Source: Octopus bimaculoides
Lineage: Eukaryota
Assembly (NCBI RefSeq): GCF_001194135.2
Contig: NC_068991.1
Location: 6,191,316 to 6,255,315 of the forward strand
Length of the DNA: 64,000 nt
Reading direction: 5' to 3'
Made by a program: the position numbers and the translations under genes. This document shows positions 12,894 through 26,171 of this stretch, one piece after another; position 1 is the stretch's first letter, and every line of letters starts with the position of its first letter. Below the pieces are notes generated by a model. That model worked only from the letters and a program-made list of their open reading frames with translations. It searched no databases and had not been told where the DNA came from.

Positions 12894-12944
12894 ACAAACT
12901 GACCCCAGTATTTATGTTTAGTTTTATAAAGTCTGGGACTGATT

Positions 12945-13203
12945 CTTTTGGTCTCATTTGCCAGACTGCTACGTTACACAGACATAAACAAACCAACACT
13001 GGTTGCCAAGCAGTGGTGGATACACATACAGATATATATATATATATATATGATGGGCTTACTCACAATTTTCTCTACAAGATTGGTTGGCCAGGGACTA
13101 TAGTAGAAGACACTTGCCCATGGTGCCACGCTGTGGGATTGAACCTGAAGCCATGTAGTTTCAAAGTAAGCTTCTTAACCACACAGCCATCCATGCCTGC
13201 ACC
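12945..13203 (-). mobile_element. SINE family A copy
   Basis: Family A head and central motifs in reverse orientation. Confidence 0.7.
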
Positions 13204-13529
13204 TACAAGAAACTCTTGTTAACTTTGTTCCGAAGGTCTTTGAGTTGAGACAAAATAGAATTGAACACCAGGTTTTGCTTCAGTAATTTGCCCAATGAGC
13301 GTGTGACCAAGGCAGTAAAACATTGAATATCCCAGCAAGCTGATGAATATGCCTCCTTCTTTGTATTGGTTCTGTGTTCTGGATTCTTCATTCCCCTCTT
13401 ATTTCTTTCACGTTGACATTTCTCAGCTCTAATTAATTTTTATCTTGCCATAAAACAGCCTCAGAGAATGATAAACGAATTAAGAAAGTGCACTTAGGTC
13501 TGTCTGTTTTTCACACACATACATACATA

Positions 13530-13915
13530 CACAGTCACACACACACCTACGCACGCACACACACACACACACAGTGTACATATAATGTGTGGTGTGTATA
13601 GATATGTAAAGCAGGTGAAGTTGTATAACAGGTCTATAAAATCTTATTTGCATACTCACACACACACACACACACCAATATGCTCAATACACATACATAC
13701 ACAGAAATGCACAAATACGTATACATGCACACATGCAAATTCACATACACACATACACAGACAAATATGCACTCACATACACACAGACATACACACACAC
13801 ACACACACAAATACGCACGCACACACAAATACATATACACAGATATATACATACACAAATACTCATACATACATACATACATACGCACACACATGCACAC
13901 ACACACACATACACA
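13530..13915. repeat. Long degenerate (CA/TA)-rich low-complexity tract
   Basis: Explains the stacked His/Thr and Cys/Val ORFs of the ORF track. Confidence 0.9.
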
Positions 13916-13999
13916 TAGATATACACTAATAATTATTTCTAGCAGTTTAATCCAAACTCCCATGAAAATATTTTGTTTATTTATGCAATATATTCCCGA

Positions 14000-14830
14000 C
14001 AGAGACTCCGGAATCTCCAGTTCTATCAAATATTTGCAGGGTTCTCTTTACGATACCCTTTCTTCGCTTGCTGCCATGGATACACTGTCAGCCTTGCATA
14101 CCTAGACTATATTGTGCAATCTCCTTACCTTTCTTCCCCTCTCCCATCCCATGCTTATTTCACCCATCATTAGGGAGTCTGAAACCCCCAGCCTCCTTCT
14201 ACCTTACAATCTTACCCACCCTATCGGTTATTGCATCTTTAATTCCCCCCCCCCCCATCTTCTTCGAGCAACCACCCCCATCTCACCTATGCTCTCTCAC
14301 ATACCCAGGTGCAATCGCAGCATTCTCCATTTATCAACTCATAGTTCTACCCTTGAAATTTCATCTCCCTTTATTCCAGCAAAGTTCTCCTCCTCCTCCC
14401 CCGCCACCACCACCACCATCCCAAACTTTGCTGTTGCCCCCTCCTCCGTTGACTGTAGGTTTTAAGCTGTAATACCTTGCTGTTTTCTTTAGCGTCACAT
14501 CCTCCCACTCCAACAACCCAGTCCCACTCCTCGCCACTGTACCCTTCTCATACCCACCTATTCCATCGTCATTCCCACTTGCCGGTAACTCACTGCTCCG
14601 CATCACTATCTAAGCTCGCCTTCCCGACACAACACATTTCTGCCCTTCTTGCTTTATCACTGCATCTTCTTTCTTTCTTTCTCTTTTTAAAATTTCTTTT
14701 TAATCCTTCGTAAACTGCTTCTCTGTGTCTTTAGTGTCTGCCTCCCACACTGCAGCATCTTCCACACATCCTGTCTTTCCAAGACCTTTCCCCACCACCC
14801 CAATCATCATACCGTTACTCTAAGCAAGCA
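14000..14830 (+). mobile_element. C-rich segment, possibly a decayed Penelope-like element RT-EN linker
   Basis: Strong pyrimidine skew. Translated fragments (AAMDTLSAL, PMLSHIPRCNRSILHLSTHSS) only loosely recall PLE linker motifs, judged from memory. Confidence 0.25.
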
Positions 14831-16052
14831 GGGTTTTCCTTCCATTTCTTTCAGCTATTTTCGTTACCATTGTTGTTGTTGTTATTCTTGTTATTAATCT
14901 TTTTAATTTTGTCTTTTTTTTTTCCTTCTTTCCACCTCACCCTACGAGCTGTTCTTTCTTACTATACACTTGGTTGTTGGCACTGATTAAAAATATAGCA
15001 TAGCTTTGTAGCACATTGTTTGCAAAAGAGCAATGCAAGTCAGCTTTTTTTTTTCAGGATTTACCTGACATTTCTTGCCGTTCCTCAGTTTTTAATATTA
15101 TTATTTATGTCTTTATGGCAAGTGCTAAACTCTCATTTGCCAAGTCTACAATCCATTTCTTGTTGCCCGTTGAAACCAGTTTATTTCATAAATTTATTTC
15201 ATAAATTTATTCCGTGTTACATTATTGCAAACAATAAATGACATCCTTGATCAGGTTTCCAATGGACCGGCCACTACCTCACTGCATTTATGATGGCTAG
15301 GGTTTCAAGATTGGCATCTGTGCAATTTAGGTAGGGTAATTGCTGCAGGGTATTTTTTGTTTGAAAGCACCAGTTTTATTGCTTATGTTTACGTCTTTGG
15401 CTGTTTATACATCAGTGAAAGACATTTACATGCATAAACATATGTGAAGGTGTGCGATATATACACACATGCATATATGAAGGTATGTGGTATATACATA
15501 CATACACCCTTATATATGAAGGTGTGTGATGTATGTATATATATGGAAGTAATGTATATATATACACACACACACATATATATATGAAGGTGTGCCAGTG
15601 GCACGTAAATAACACCATTTGAGCGTGATCGTTACCAGTGTCGCCTTACTGGCACTTGTGCCGGTGGCACGTGAAAAAACATTTGAGCGAGGTTGTTGCC
15701 AGTGCTGCTGGACTGGCCCTCGTGCCGGTGGCACGTAAAAACACTCATTACACTCTCTGAGTGGTTGGCGTTAGGAAAGGCATCCAGCTGTAGAAACTCT
15801 GCCAGATCAGATTGGAACCTGGTGCAGCCTTCTGGTTCGCCAGTCCTCAGTCAAATCGTCCAACCCATGCTAGCATGGAAAGCGGACGTTGAACGATGAT
15901 AATGATGATGATGATGTATGACATGTATATATATACACACACATGCACATATATATCACACAATCACTGTTTAGATTTTGTGAGAAAGTATGAAATCACA
16001 AAGATAAGGAAACGTGATTAAGCTTTAGTGGAGACACACAGACAAGATTTCT

Positions 16053-16445
16053 GCATGGCTGTGTGGTAAGAAGTTTGATTCCCAATCACATGGTTCTGGG
16101 TTCAGTCCTGCTGTGCGGCACCTTGGGCTAGTGTCTTCTACTGTAGCCCTGGGCCGACCGAAACACTGTGAGTGGATTTGGTAGACGGAAACTGAAAGAA
16201 GCCCATTGTATATGTGCATATGTATGTGTATTTCTTTGTGTATGTGTTTGTTCCCACCACCGCTTGACAACGTTGTTGGTTTGTTTACGTCCCCATAACT
16301 TAGTAGTTCAGCAGAAGATATCGATATAATAAGTACCAAGCTTAAAAAATACAAAAGGTCCTGGAGCCGACTTGTTCAACTAAAATCCTTTAAAGCGGTG
16401 CCCCAGTATGGCTGCAGTGGAATGACTGAAACAAGTACAAGAAAA
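16053..16445 (+). mobile_element. SINE family A, near full length
   Basis: Head TGGCTGTGTGGTAAGAAG...GGGTTCAGTCC, GGCACCTTGGGC central motif, tail GACTGAAACAAGTA. Confidence 0.8.
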
Positions 16446-16924
16446 GATTTTAAAATTTATCAAACGTGGCCTTGCAGCTTAATGAACAGAAATCAATATT
16501 ATGGAACAGAAAAGATAAAAACATAGGAGTCTTTGCTCTTTTATTGTATTGTTTCTTAACCTTCCTTTGTATGGCCATGTCTGTCATTATAAAAGGACAA
16601 GTTATGCTAAATGTGTATTACCAGCCGGTACTAATTGATTTGGTATCTTCTGGTTTCGTATTTGTTGTCTTACCATTCCCTTTGCCATAGGTAATTACTT
16701 CAGTCTATAGTCGGTAAAATATGATAAAAAGGTTTTATTTATATACACACACACATGCCCTGTGTGAATGTGTTTTTATTTCAGCTCGTTTTCAAAGTAA
16801 ATATAAAAAAGGAAAAAGATGGCCTTCATCTGCTTATTTATCTCATGTTTATTCATTATATTTAGTTTATTGCAAGTGTGCGAGTCATGTGAGTACATAT
16901 ACATTTGTGCGTGCTTGTGGCTAT

Positions 16925-16986
<62 letters not shown>

Positions 16987-17142
16987 CAATAAGAAAATGG
17001 AGGAGATCAAGAGGTGGTATTCATCAACTTTTAGACATTATATTATGTCTGTTTATTTATTTTTAAAAAAAAAACTATTATAACAATATACATACATGTA
17101 TAGCATATTATGCTGTACATATACAATATATAAAAAATACCG

Positions 17143-17274
17143 GTAATTATCGACCCCGAAAGGATGAAAGGCAAAGTCAACCTCGGCGGAATTTGAACTG
17201 AGAACATAAAGACAGGAAAAATACTGCTAAGCATTTCGTCCGGTGTGCTAATATTTCTGCCGGCTCGCTGTCTT
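17143..17274 (-). mobile_element. tRNA-derived SINE family B copy (5' half)
   Basis: Reverse complement of the GAGTTCAAATTCCGCCGAGGTTGACTTTGCCTTTCATCCTTTCGGGGTCGAT motif. Other partial copies at 18591-18752 (-), 22210-22365 (-), 31815-31950 (+), 42600-42705 (-), 52085-52235 (-), 52285-52410 (+), 58910-59040 (+). Confidence 0.8.
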
Positions 17275-18014
17275 AGTCGTGGGGAAATATCGCTTTACTT
17301 CAAAACAGATGAGAGTTGGTGACAGGAAGAGCATCTAGCCATAGAAAATCTGCCTCAACAAAAAAAGTGGGCATTAAAATGATGACAATGACAATGATAG
17401 TATCGGTGCATTATTGATTCATTCAGGCAACACTCAGTCTATTATATCTCTCTATTGTTATGTTGTCATCCTAATTGGATGTCATTTGTAATGACAACAA
17501 TACACAAGGCTAGTTTATGACATTAACAGTGGAAAAAACTACACAGTGCGATAAATCACTTGATGTGTTATTTTGAACTGGTTATCTTTGTTCTTCTTAT
17601 AAAAAACACATTGTTAATGTGTCTGGACTATGAAGTAACTGTATTTCTGAAGCAAGCATTTTACTTGGTGTATAATGTCCACCTATCATTGTTTTAATGG
17701 TCACTGTTTCTATGCTCGCATACGTTAGACAGAATTTGTTGAGATGGATTTTTCTACAGCTGGACGCCATTCCTGTCCCCAACCCTCACCTGTTTCCAAG
17801 TAAGGGAATATTTCTCTGTGGCCAGACATGTTTTTAAGGAAGTTTGGAAATGGAGGACATCACTTGCGTAATGGTGACACTCATTTACAACTAGCACATG
17901 AAGTGAAGGCAAGGAGACAGTAACACACACACACACACACAGTTGTACATACAAGCACATAGTGAAGTTGATTTTCTGTAGAATGAATACAGTCTGATAA
18001 TAGAGATTATTCTT

Positions 18015-18400
18015 GTGGCTGTGTGGTAAGAAGCTTGCTGCCCAACCACATGGTTCCAGGTTCAGTCCTACTGCATGGCAACTTGGGCAAATGTCTTCCA
18101 CTATAGCCTTGGGTTAACAAAAGCCTTGTGGGTGGATTTGGTAGACAGAAACTGAAAGAAGCCCATTGTGTGTGTATATATATGTATGTACACACACACA
18201 CACACACACACACGTGTGTGTGTCTAGTGTCTGTGTTTGTCCCCCCACTATGTCCTCGTAACTTAACAGTTCAGCGAAAGAGGCCAATAAAATAAGCACC
18301 AGGTTTTAAAAATAAGTCCTACAGTCAATTCATTCGACTAAAAATTCAAGGCACTGCCCCAGCATGGCCACAGTCTAATGACAGAGTCAAGTAGCAGACA
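18015..18400 (+). mobile_element. SINE family A copy
   Basis: Same head, central and tail motifs as 59568-59960. Confidence 0.8.
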
Positions 18401-18987
18401 AAAGTCACATACACATACACATGATTGCTATTTGTCATGTGACAAGTAACTTTGGAAGTATACTTTTACCACAGTGGTTAATGTCAGGAAATATGGCATA
18501 CAACAAAATAATTACATTTTAATCGTTAACAAATTTCTTGGTCCTTATGCAAAATAAAGAAACAAATGCTAATTTTCAAAAGACAAGAAATATTCTTTTC
18601 TACTCTGGGCACAAGGCCCGAAATTTTTTGGGGGAGGTGGGGGCAGTCGATTAGATCAACCTCAATACGCAACTGGTACTTAATTTATCGACCCCCGAAA
18701 GGATGAAAGGCAAAGTCGACCCTGGCGGAATTTGAACCCAGAATTTAAAGACATATTACCTTAAAATGAAACTAGATAAAAGAATTTTCTCTTTTGTACA
18801 AGTCCTCCTATATCTATTCTACCATTTCCTCCTCCTCCATATTTTATTCTTTCTTTCCATTCTTCCTGTTCTTCATATGTTAGCTCTCTCTCTCTCTCTC
18901 TCTCTTCCCCATATACTCTCTCCTCTGCTCTCTATATAATGTAAAGCATGATAGGAAAAATCCACCAACCTGTCAATCAACCAACAT

Positions 18988-19019
<32 letters not shown>

Positions 19020-19032
19020 GTATATATATATA

Positions 19033-19106
<74 letters not shown>

Positions 19107-19545
19107 GCTTTTGGTCATTGTGGTGATAGTATTTATTTGGCACTGTTTCAACTTATTCACTATCATAATTGTCACTCTCAGAATTGAACAAAGAAGTAAT
19201 CCTTACAGATTACAATTCCACCACCCAAACGCTTTATAATCCCTTTTTTATCTATTCCCCCACCCACAGCTAAAATAAATTGTACTTCTGTTTATATTTG
19301 AAATGTGGACAGAGAGCAACTATTTATATATTGTATTGTTAACTTTTGTGTATATAGGAGCACCAGCATTATGCTAACTGACTGCAATGAGCTACATTTA
19401 GGTCTATTTTGTTAAATTGCCCACTGATGAAAGAAAGGCTTGAAACATAGCCAGAATAGTGTGTTTGAATAGCCAAGATGTTTTAGGGAATGTAAATGAA
19501 ATTTATTGTCAAAACCAAGCCGAATTGATGGCCAAGAATTAGTTA

Positions 19546-19730
19546 TTAACTCTTTAAGCATTTAGATTACTCTGTCAAATGTAATCCTCATTTATCCACA
19601 TTGTTTTCAATTAATCATGCATTGTCTCATAGCTTCAAGTTTTCGATGATGTGATTGTATATTTTTAGAGTGACATTGTAGGGTAGGTGTGAAAGGCTGG
19701 ATATGGCTAGCTTAAACGCTAGAGGGTTAA
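19546..19730. mobile_element. TTAA-flanked MITE (piggyBac-like)
   Basis: TTAA-CTCTTTAAGCATTTA ... TAAACGCTAGAGGG-TTAA: imperfect terminal inverted repeats with TTAA at both ends, no ORF. A partial copy starts at 20063. Confidence 0.7.
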
Positions 19731-21061
19731 CTCATATTCCCTTTACTCGCATTTGCAATGTTGCTTGATTTTATTCTGGGTTGGCAAAATAAATTTATTA
19801 TTCATCGTCAATTGTTGGTTCGTGCTATTTTGAAGTTAATTAGACTGCAGTGTGATTAATTAAACTAACACTCATCAGTTCCTGAAAAACCAATTAAATA
19901 TGTCTTTCACCGGCCTCTTTCACCATAATGACGACAGTTTCTGTGTCTTCCAGTAATTCTGTAATTGCTTTTGCTCATTGTTAATCCATTTCAAAGCCTT
20001 TTATTCACAAGCACAGTCAGAGTTTCTGTCTCCAAATGTCTTCTTGTAGCCGTGTAGATTCTTTAACTCTTTACCATTCATATTATTCTGTCAAATGTGA
20101 TGCTTACTTATTCACGTTGCTGTGAATTTAATCATGCTGGCATGGGTTGGATGGTTTGATTGAGGACTGGCAAGCCAGTAGGCCACACCAGGCTCCAATC
20201 TGATCTGGCAAGGTTTCTACAGCTTGATACACACATACACACACTACAAGCTTCTTTCAGCTACTATCTGTCATATCCACTCACAAGGCTTTAGTTGCCC
20301 CACGACTATAAAAGAAGATACTAGCGCAAGGTGCCCCACTGTGCGACTGAACCTAAGACCATATGGTTACAATAAGCTTCTTAACCACACAGCTATGTAT
20401 CTATATTAAAATTATTTTAAAGGCATTTGTCAAAGGAGCATTGAAGTTGAATTCAGTACCTGAAGCTTGGATTCGTTAAAAACAGGATTCTTTGATTTCC
20501 TGAAATGCTAAATTGTGTTTTATTTACTGAGAAAGAAACAAAAAATCCTTTAAAACCTGCGCTTATCAAAGGTTTTATGTTGATTGAAATAAAAATAGAT
20601 TAACTGGCATACTGTTGAGTGAGAACTTCAGCATATCTCACATTCCTGGCACAACTAACTCTCCAGTTGAAGAAAACTTAGAATAGTCAACTTTGTGTGT
20701 AGAAGTAGTAAAGCACAGCATTCTTCTGTAATTAGTGGGTGCACTGTTTAACTGAAGAGTGTTTTGTTGAGCTTTACAGTTTCATATTGCGATATCCAAA
20801 TTGCCTTCTTCGGGTTGTAAAGAACCGCAAATGGAAATAAACTCTTCAATGCTGGTGTGTTAGAACATTGGTATTACATTATCTGTTAAAGGCCAGCGAG
20901 TACTGTAAACTAACCAATCCTCCATGTGTTGACTTAGATAATCAATTAAGAAATTTACACTGATAATGTTATTTAAATTTCCTGTGTAAATGACCGGTCA
21001 GTGTTAGTTTTGGTCCTGGTTAGGAAGAGATCATTTGTGTAATTAATTATAATTGTTAGCT

Positions 21062-21380
21062 ATACCACTGTGGATATCTTTGGGAAAATTAGGGCGAATG
21101 GAGTGCGGTGGTATGGGTATGTGTTGAGGAGGGATGAGGAGCATGTTTTGAAGAGGATGCTAGAGTTTGAGGTGAATGGACAGTGAAAGCGAGGAAGACT
21201 GAGGAAAATATGGAAGGGACAGGTGGAGGAGGAGATTGGGAGGATTGGCTTGAGAAGGGAGGATGCCCAAAACCAGGCAAGATGGTGAGCTGGTGGGAGG
21301 GCGGTTGCTATGGCATTGAAGTAGATCCAGCAACCTCCGTTAATGGGGACAAAACCCGGATTCAAAATGATGGATGATGA
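21062..21380 (+). mobile_element. RTE-clade LINE 3' fragment (decayed)
   Basis: Translates as IRANGVRWYGYVLRRDEEHVLKRMLEFEVNGQ*KRGRLRKIWKGQVEEEIGRIGLRREDAQNQARW*, the typical RTE ORF C-terminus (RWxGHVxR, RGRPxxxW), followed by a (GAT)n tail. Confidence 0.7.
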
Positions 21381-21386
21381 TGTATA

Positions 21387-21608
21387 TCTTTTATCTTATA
21401 CTTGTTACAGTCATTAGACTGCAACCATTCTGGGGCACTCCCTAAAAAAATTCTTAGTCGAATGAATTGAACCAAGTACTTGTTTTGTTTTCTTTTAAGC
21501 CTGGTACTCATTTTATTGGTCATTTTTGCTAAACCGCTAAGTTGCAGAGATGTAAACACACCAACACCGGTTGTCAAGCAGTGGTGAGGAACAGACACAA
21601 ACACACAT

Positions 21609-21659
<51 letters not shown>

Positions 21660-21815
21660 GGGCTTCTTTCAATTTCTGTCTGCCAAACCCACTCACAAGT
21701 CTTTGGTCAGCCCGAGGCCACAGTAGAAGACACTTGCCCAAGGTGCCATGCAATGGGACTGAACCCGGAACCATGTTGTTATGAAGCAAGCTTCTTATCA
21801 CTCAGCCACACCTGC
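21387..21815 (-). mobile_element. SINE family A, full length
   Basis: Complete reverse copy including the internal (CA)n tract. Confidence 0.8.
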
Positions 21816-23264
21816 ATCATATGCAGATGGCGTGTGTAACCTGAAGTAGAACAAACAGTAGAGATAACACATTGTTAATAAGCTGGTCAGTAGCTGGAAC
21901 TGCAGTTCCTTGTTAGTAGTTTGAGAAAATGCCATGTTTACCTGGCAATGAGGTACAATATTCTTATGTAACACTTAGCATTTCTTTTTATATCATTTAG
22001 AAGAGATGGGAAAGGAGCCATGACCTTTGCAGGTCATGACCTGCATGACCTTGATGAGATTAATATGGTACAGTTCTCATCTGGTCTGAATCACTACAAG
22101 TCAACGTCTGCTGCAAAAGCACGAGTGAGGAATGAAATTCTAGGAAAGAATAAACTCTGCTTAATAACCGGTGAACGGTATTACAGTGATTTCAAATTTT
22201 GGCACAAGGCCAGCTATTTGGGGTGGGGAATAAGTAAGTTGATAACATCCACCCCCAGTGTTCAACTGGTACTTATTCTACCAACCCCAAAAGGATAAAA
22301 AGCAAAGTCAACCTTGGTAGCATTTGAACTCAGAACATAAAGACACAAATTGCCGTTTAGCATTTTACAGTCAAATAGAAAAAAATGTGATTAATTAAGA
22401 CATGTAACGATTGACACATGGTTTGTGTCATGGACCGGATTCTCTTTTCCGTTTCGAATTGCTGCTTCTTATTAGCTAAATATCATGTCAAATTATTCAT
22501 ATATTAAGCACTGCAATTTATAAAGTTTTATAATAATATTTTCTAATATAATAAATGAGACTGGAGTCTGGTGCAACCTTCCAGCTTACCAACCCCGGTC
22601 AAACCATCCAACCCATGCCAGCATGGACAACGGATATTAAGCGATGATGATGAATGAAATAATCTACCAGTACTTTAAATCATTAATGAAAATTCAAGAT
22701 TAGTGATTAGTCACAAGAAGTTTGTGGGGGTCTCCAAAATGTTACTTGTGCTACAAATAGATTAAAATTTTTTTTTGTTTTTTTAGAAATATTCAACCTG
22801 AAAATTCAAAGTCAAGATTGCTAATAATATTTTATATATTTATCTATGTATTATTTATTCATTTATTTTTACTTTGTTGACATTGAAAGAACGATAAAGA
22901 ACTTAGTAAATTGGATACCTTGAAAATGCTTATTGCATCGAGATTAGTGTAATTTGAGTGTTATCAACATTTTGATGTGGTGGTGGTGGTGGTGGTGGTG
23001 GCAAGAGCAATATCAGTGTAATCGTGGTGGTGGAGGTGGTGGTGGATTATGTACAGGAAACAGGAAAATAAGGTGAAAACTAATACCAATGTGTTCTTTT
23101 TTTTGTTTTGTGTTTTGTTTCATTACTATTCTATATCCAGAGAAGAAATCTTTCACCTGCAAATTGAAAGTTCTATTCATATATAAAAAAAAGGCTATTA
23201 CATTAGAAGACAATTTTAAATTGAAGCATCTCTCTCTCACTCTCTGTATATATAAATATATATA

Positions 23265-23304
<40 letters not shown>

Positions 23305-23732
23305 ATGTTTTTTCTAAATTTATTTTACAGATTCTTGTAATAATGTCAAGTTCTGAATGAATTTCATCTTAAAAGTACGCTAAGGTGGTGGTGGTGGTGG
23401 TGTAGTAACATGCAATCTCTATAATCAGAAAGCAAATATTTTGTGCAATCAACCTTGTTTAAAAAAAAAAATACAGGAAGAAAGAAAGAAAGAAAGAAAG
23501 AAAAAGGATGGTAGTGTGGAGAAGGAAGGTGAAAATTGTACTTTTCTTAAGATATTTTATGCATTTAATAAACTTCAGTTGATGAAACTTTCCTTAATAG
23601 AAAAGATAAGAGCTGGCTTTTCAGAGCCATGACAGTTGATACCCAGAATTCCCTGTAATTCAAATGAGTTTATCATGCAAATATTTTGTAGTATCTTTGT
23701 ATTATTTGTAATGTCTTCATTTGACAAATATT

Positions 23733-23964
23733 AAGGTTGCTAGCTGGTAGATTCGTTAGCACACCGAGCAATATACTTAACGACATTTCATCAATCATTA
23801 TGTTCTGAGTTTAAATTCTGCCGAGGTCGACTTTACCTTTCATCCTTTCGGGGTCGATTAAATAAGTACCAGTTACACACTGGGGTTGATGGAATTGACT
23901 TAATCCTTTTGTTTGTCCTTGTTTGTCCCCTCTGTGTTTAGCCCCTTGTGGGCAATAAAGAAAT
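23733..23964 (+). mobile_element. SINE family B, full length
   Basis: tRNA-like head, B-box-like GAGTTTAAATTC, central CCTTTCATCCTTTCGGGGTCGAT, tail CCCCTTGTGGGCAATAAAGAAAT. Confidence 0.8.
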
Positions 23965-23997
23965 GAATATTTGTCATATCTTCATATGACAAATAGT

Positions 23998-24180
23998 AAG
24001 GTTGCTAGGTGGCGGAATCGTTAGCATGCCGAGCAAAATACTTAATGGCATTTCATCTGTCATTACGTTCCGAGTTCAAATTCCACCGAGGTCAACTTTG
24101 CCTTTCATCCCTTTCAAGGTGTATCTGACTTTACCCACCCCCGAATTGCTGGCCTTGTGTCAAAATTCGAAACCATTGTT
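23998..24180 (+). mobile_element. SINE family B, second tandem copy with a different tail
   Basis: Same head; tail CCCCCGAATTGCTGGCCTTGTGTCAAAATTCGAAACC. Confidence 0.7.
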
Positions 24181-24688
24181 TGTTGTTGTTGTTTGATGTG
24201 TTCACAACAGCTGACGGTTTTAGGTTATCTGTCCAGTTTTAATAGTTTCCTCATTTAGGATTGTGCAATATATCATTTGCATATGGATTGTGTAATAAAC
24301 ACAAGGCACTTGGTAATATTGGGGCAACATCACAGAGTATTATTTCAACATGAAAGGGAAATAGTGCTGTGTTGTGGTTATTGTTTTAATCTTAGATTCC
24401 ATAAATAGTGCTGACTTTTTGTAATTGTATATTGGCAACAGTCTGTCTGATATGAATAATGTTTGTGACTTCTTGCAATTAGTCATTGCATGTGATCATA
24501 TATATAGAAATGTGTTTGTATGTGAGCGTGTGTGTGTGTGTATAGACATTATACATGCACACTCATGCACATGTACATATATAGCTTTATGGTATGAGAT
24601 ATTTGTGCTTAGTTTTCCATGTTTCAGAGTTTGATATGTGGGTATATATGTTGCGTCTGTGTGTACTGTGTATGTGTGTGTATCTATA

Positions 24689-24723
<35 letters not shown>

Positions 24724-25599
24724 NNNNNNNNNNNNNNNNNNNNNNNNNNNNNNNNNNNNNNNNNNNNNNNNNNNNNNNNNNNNNNNNNNNNNNNNNNNNN
24801 NNNNNNNNNNNNNNNNNNNNNNNNNNNNNNNNNNNNNNNNNNNNNNNNNNNNNNNNNNNNNNNNNNNNNNNNNNNNNNNNNNNNNNNNNNNNNNNNNNNN
24901 NNNNNNNNNNNNNNNNNNNNNNNNNNNNNNNNNNNNNNNNNNNNNNNNNNNNNNNNNNNNNNNNNNNNNNNNNNNNNNNNNNNNNNNNNNNNNNNNNNNN
25001 NNNNNNNNNNNNNNNNNNNNNNNNNNNNNNNNNNNNNNNNNNNNNNNNNNNNNNNNNNNNNNNNNNNNNNNNNNNNNNNNNNNNNNNNNNNNNNNNNNNN
25101 NNNNNNNNNNNNNNNNNNNNNNNNNNNNNNNNNNNNNNNNNNNNNNNNNNNNNNNNNNNNNNNNNNNNNNNNNNNNNNNNNNNNNNNNNNNNNNNNNNNN
25201 NNNNNNNNNNNNNNNNNNNNNNNNNNNNNNNNNNNNNNNNNNNNNNNNNNNNNNNNNNNNNNNNNNNNNNNNNNNNNNNNNNNNNNNNNNNNNNNNNNNN
25301 NNNNNNNNNNNNNNNNNNNNNNNNNNNNNNNNNNNNNNNNNNNNNNNNNNNNNNNNNNNNNNNNNNNNNNNNNNNNNNNNNNNNNNNNNNNNNNNNNNNN
25401 NNNNNNNNNNNNNNNNNNNNNNNNNNNNNNNNNNNNNNNNNNNNNNNNNNNNNNNNNNNNNNNNNNNNNNNNNNNNNNNNNNNNNNNNNNNNNNNNNNNN
25501 NNNNNNNNNNNNNNNNNNNNNNNNNNNNNNNNNNNNNNNNNNNNNNNNNNNNNNNNNNNNNNNNNNNNNNNNNNNNNNNNNNNNNNNNNNNNNNNNNNN
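24724..25599. other. Assembly gap (876 N)
   Basis: Run of N. Other gaps: 29212-29291, 34690-34699, 50834-51123, 62851-62860. Confidence 0.99.
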
Positions 25600-26171
25600 C
25601 ATCATCATTGTTTGACGTCCGCTTTCCATGCTAGCATGGGTTGGACGATTTGACTGAGGACTGGTGAAACCAGATGGCTACACCAGGCTCCAATCTGATT
25701 TGGCAGAGTTTCTACAGCTGGATGCCCTTCTGTAGAAACTCTGCCAAATCAGATATATATATATATAGATATATATATATATATATATGCATACACACAT
25801 ATGCATACATTATCACCACCATCATCATCATCATCATATAATGTCCATATTTCCTGATGGTTTGATTTGGACCATTCAGTAGGATCTGACAAAAAGGAGG
25901 ACTGCCTTGAGCTCCCTATGTCTTCTCTGGCTTGGTTCCTATGGCTGGATGTTCTTAATGTCAACTGCCTTACAGGTTGTAGTGTGTACCTTCTTAATCA
26001 TACCAGAACTGGTGAGCTCACTGGCTAACTCACAAGATAAAACCCCTTGATAGAGTTGAGGTGCAGAATTGAGGGGAGATAGATCACAATTGGCTGCTTT
26101 TAAAATTCCAAGCAAGTTTATGTTGCAAACACCAGATTGACAATGACGTAATTATTTTACTAAATTACCCT

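Noticed and set aside
13585-14105. Stacked ORFs of 114-141 aa (His/Thr/Tyr or Cys/Val rich), and many similar ORFs elsewhere
   Set aside because: They are translations of (CA)n/(TA)n microsatellites, which lack stop codons; there is no domain signal.
22020-22298. 92-aa ORF as a MOB2 first exon
   Set aside because: The candidate donors I found are phase 0 or 1, and the ORF runs into a SINE.
24496-25653. ORFs of 325-377 aa, and those across 50555-51417
   Set aside because: Artefacts of N runs translated as X.
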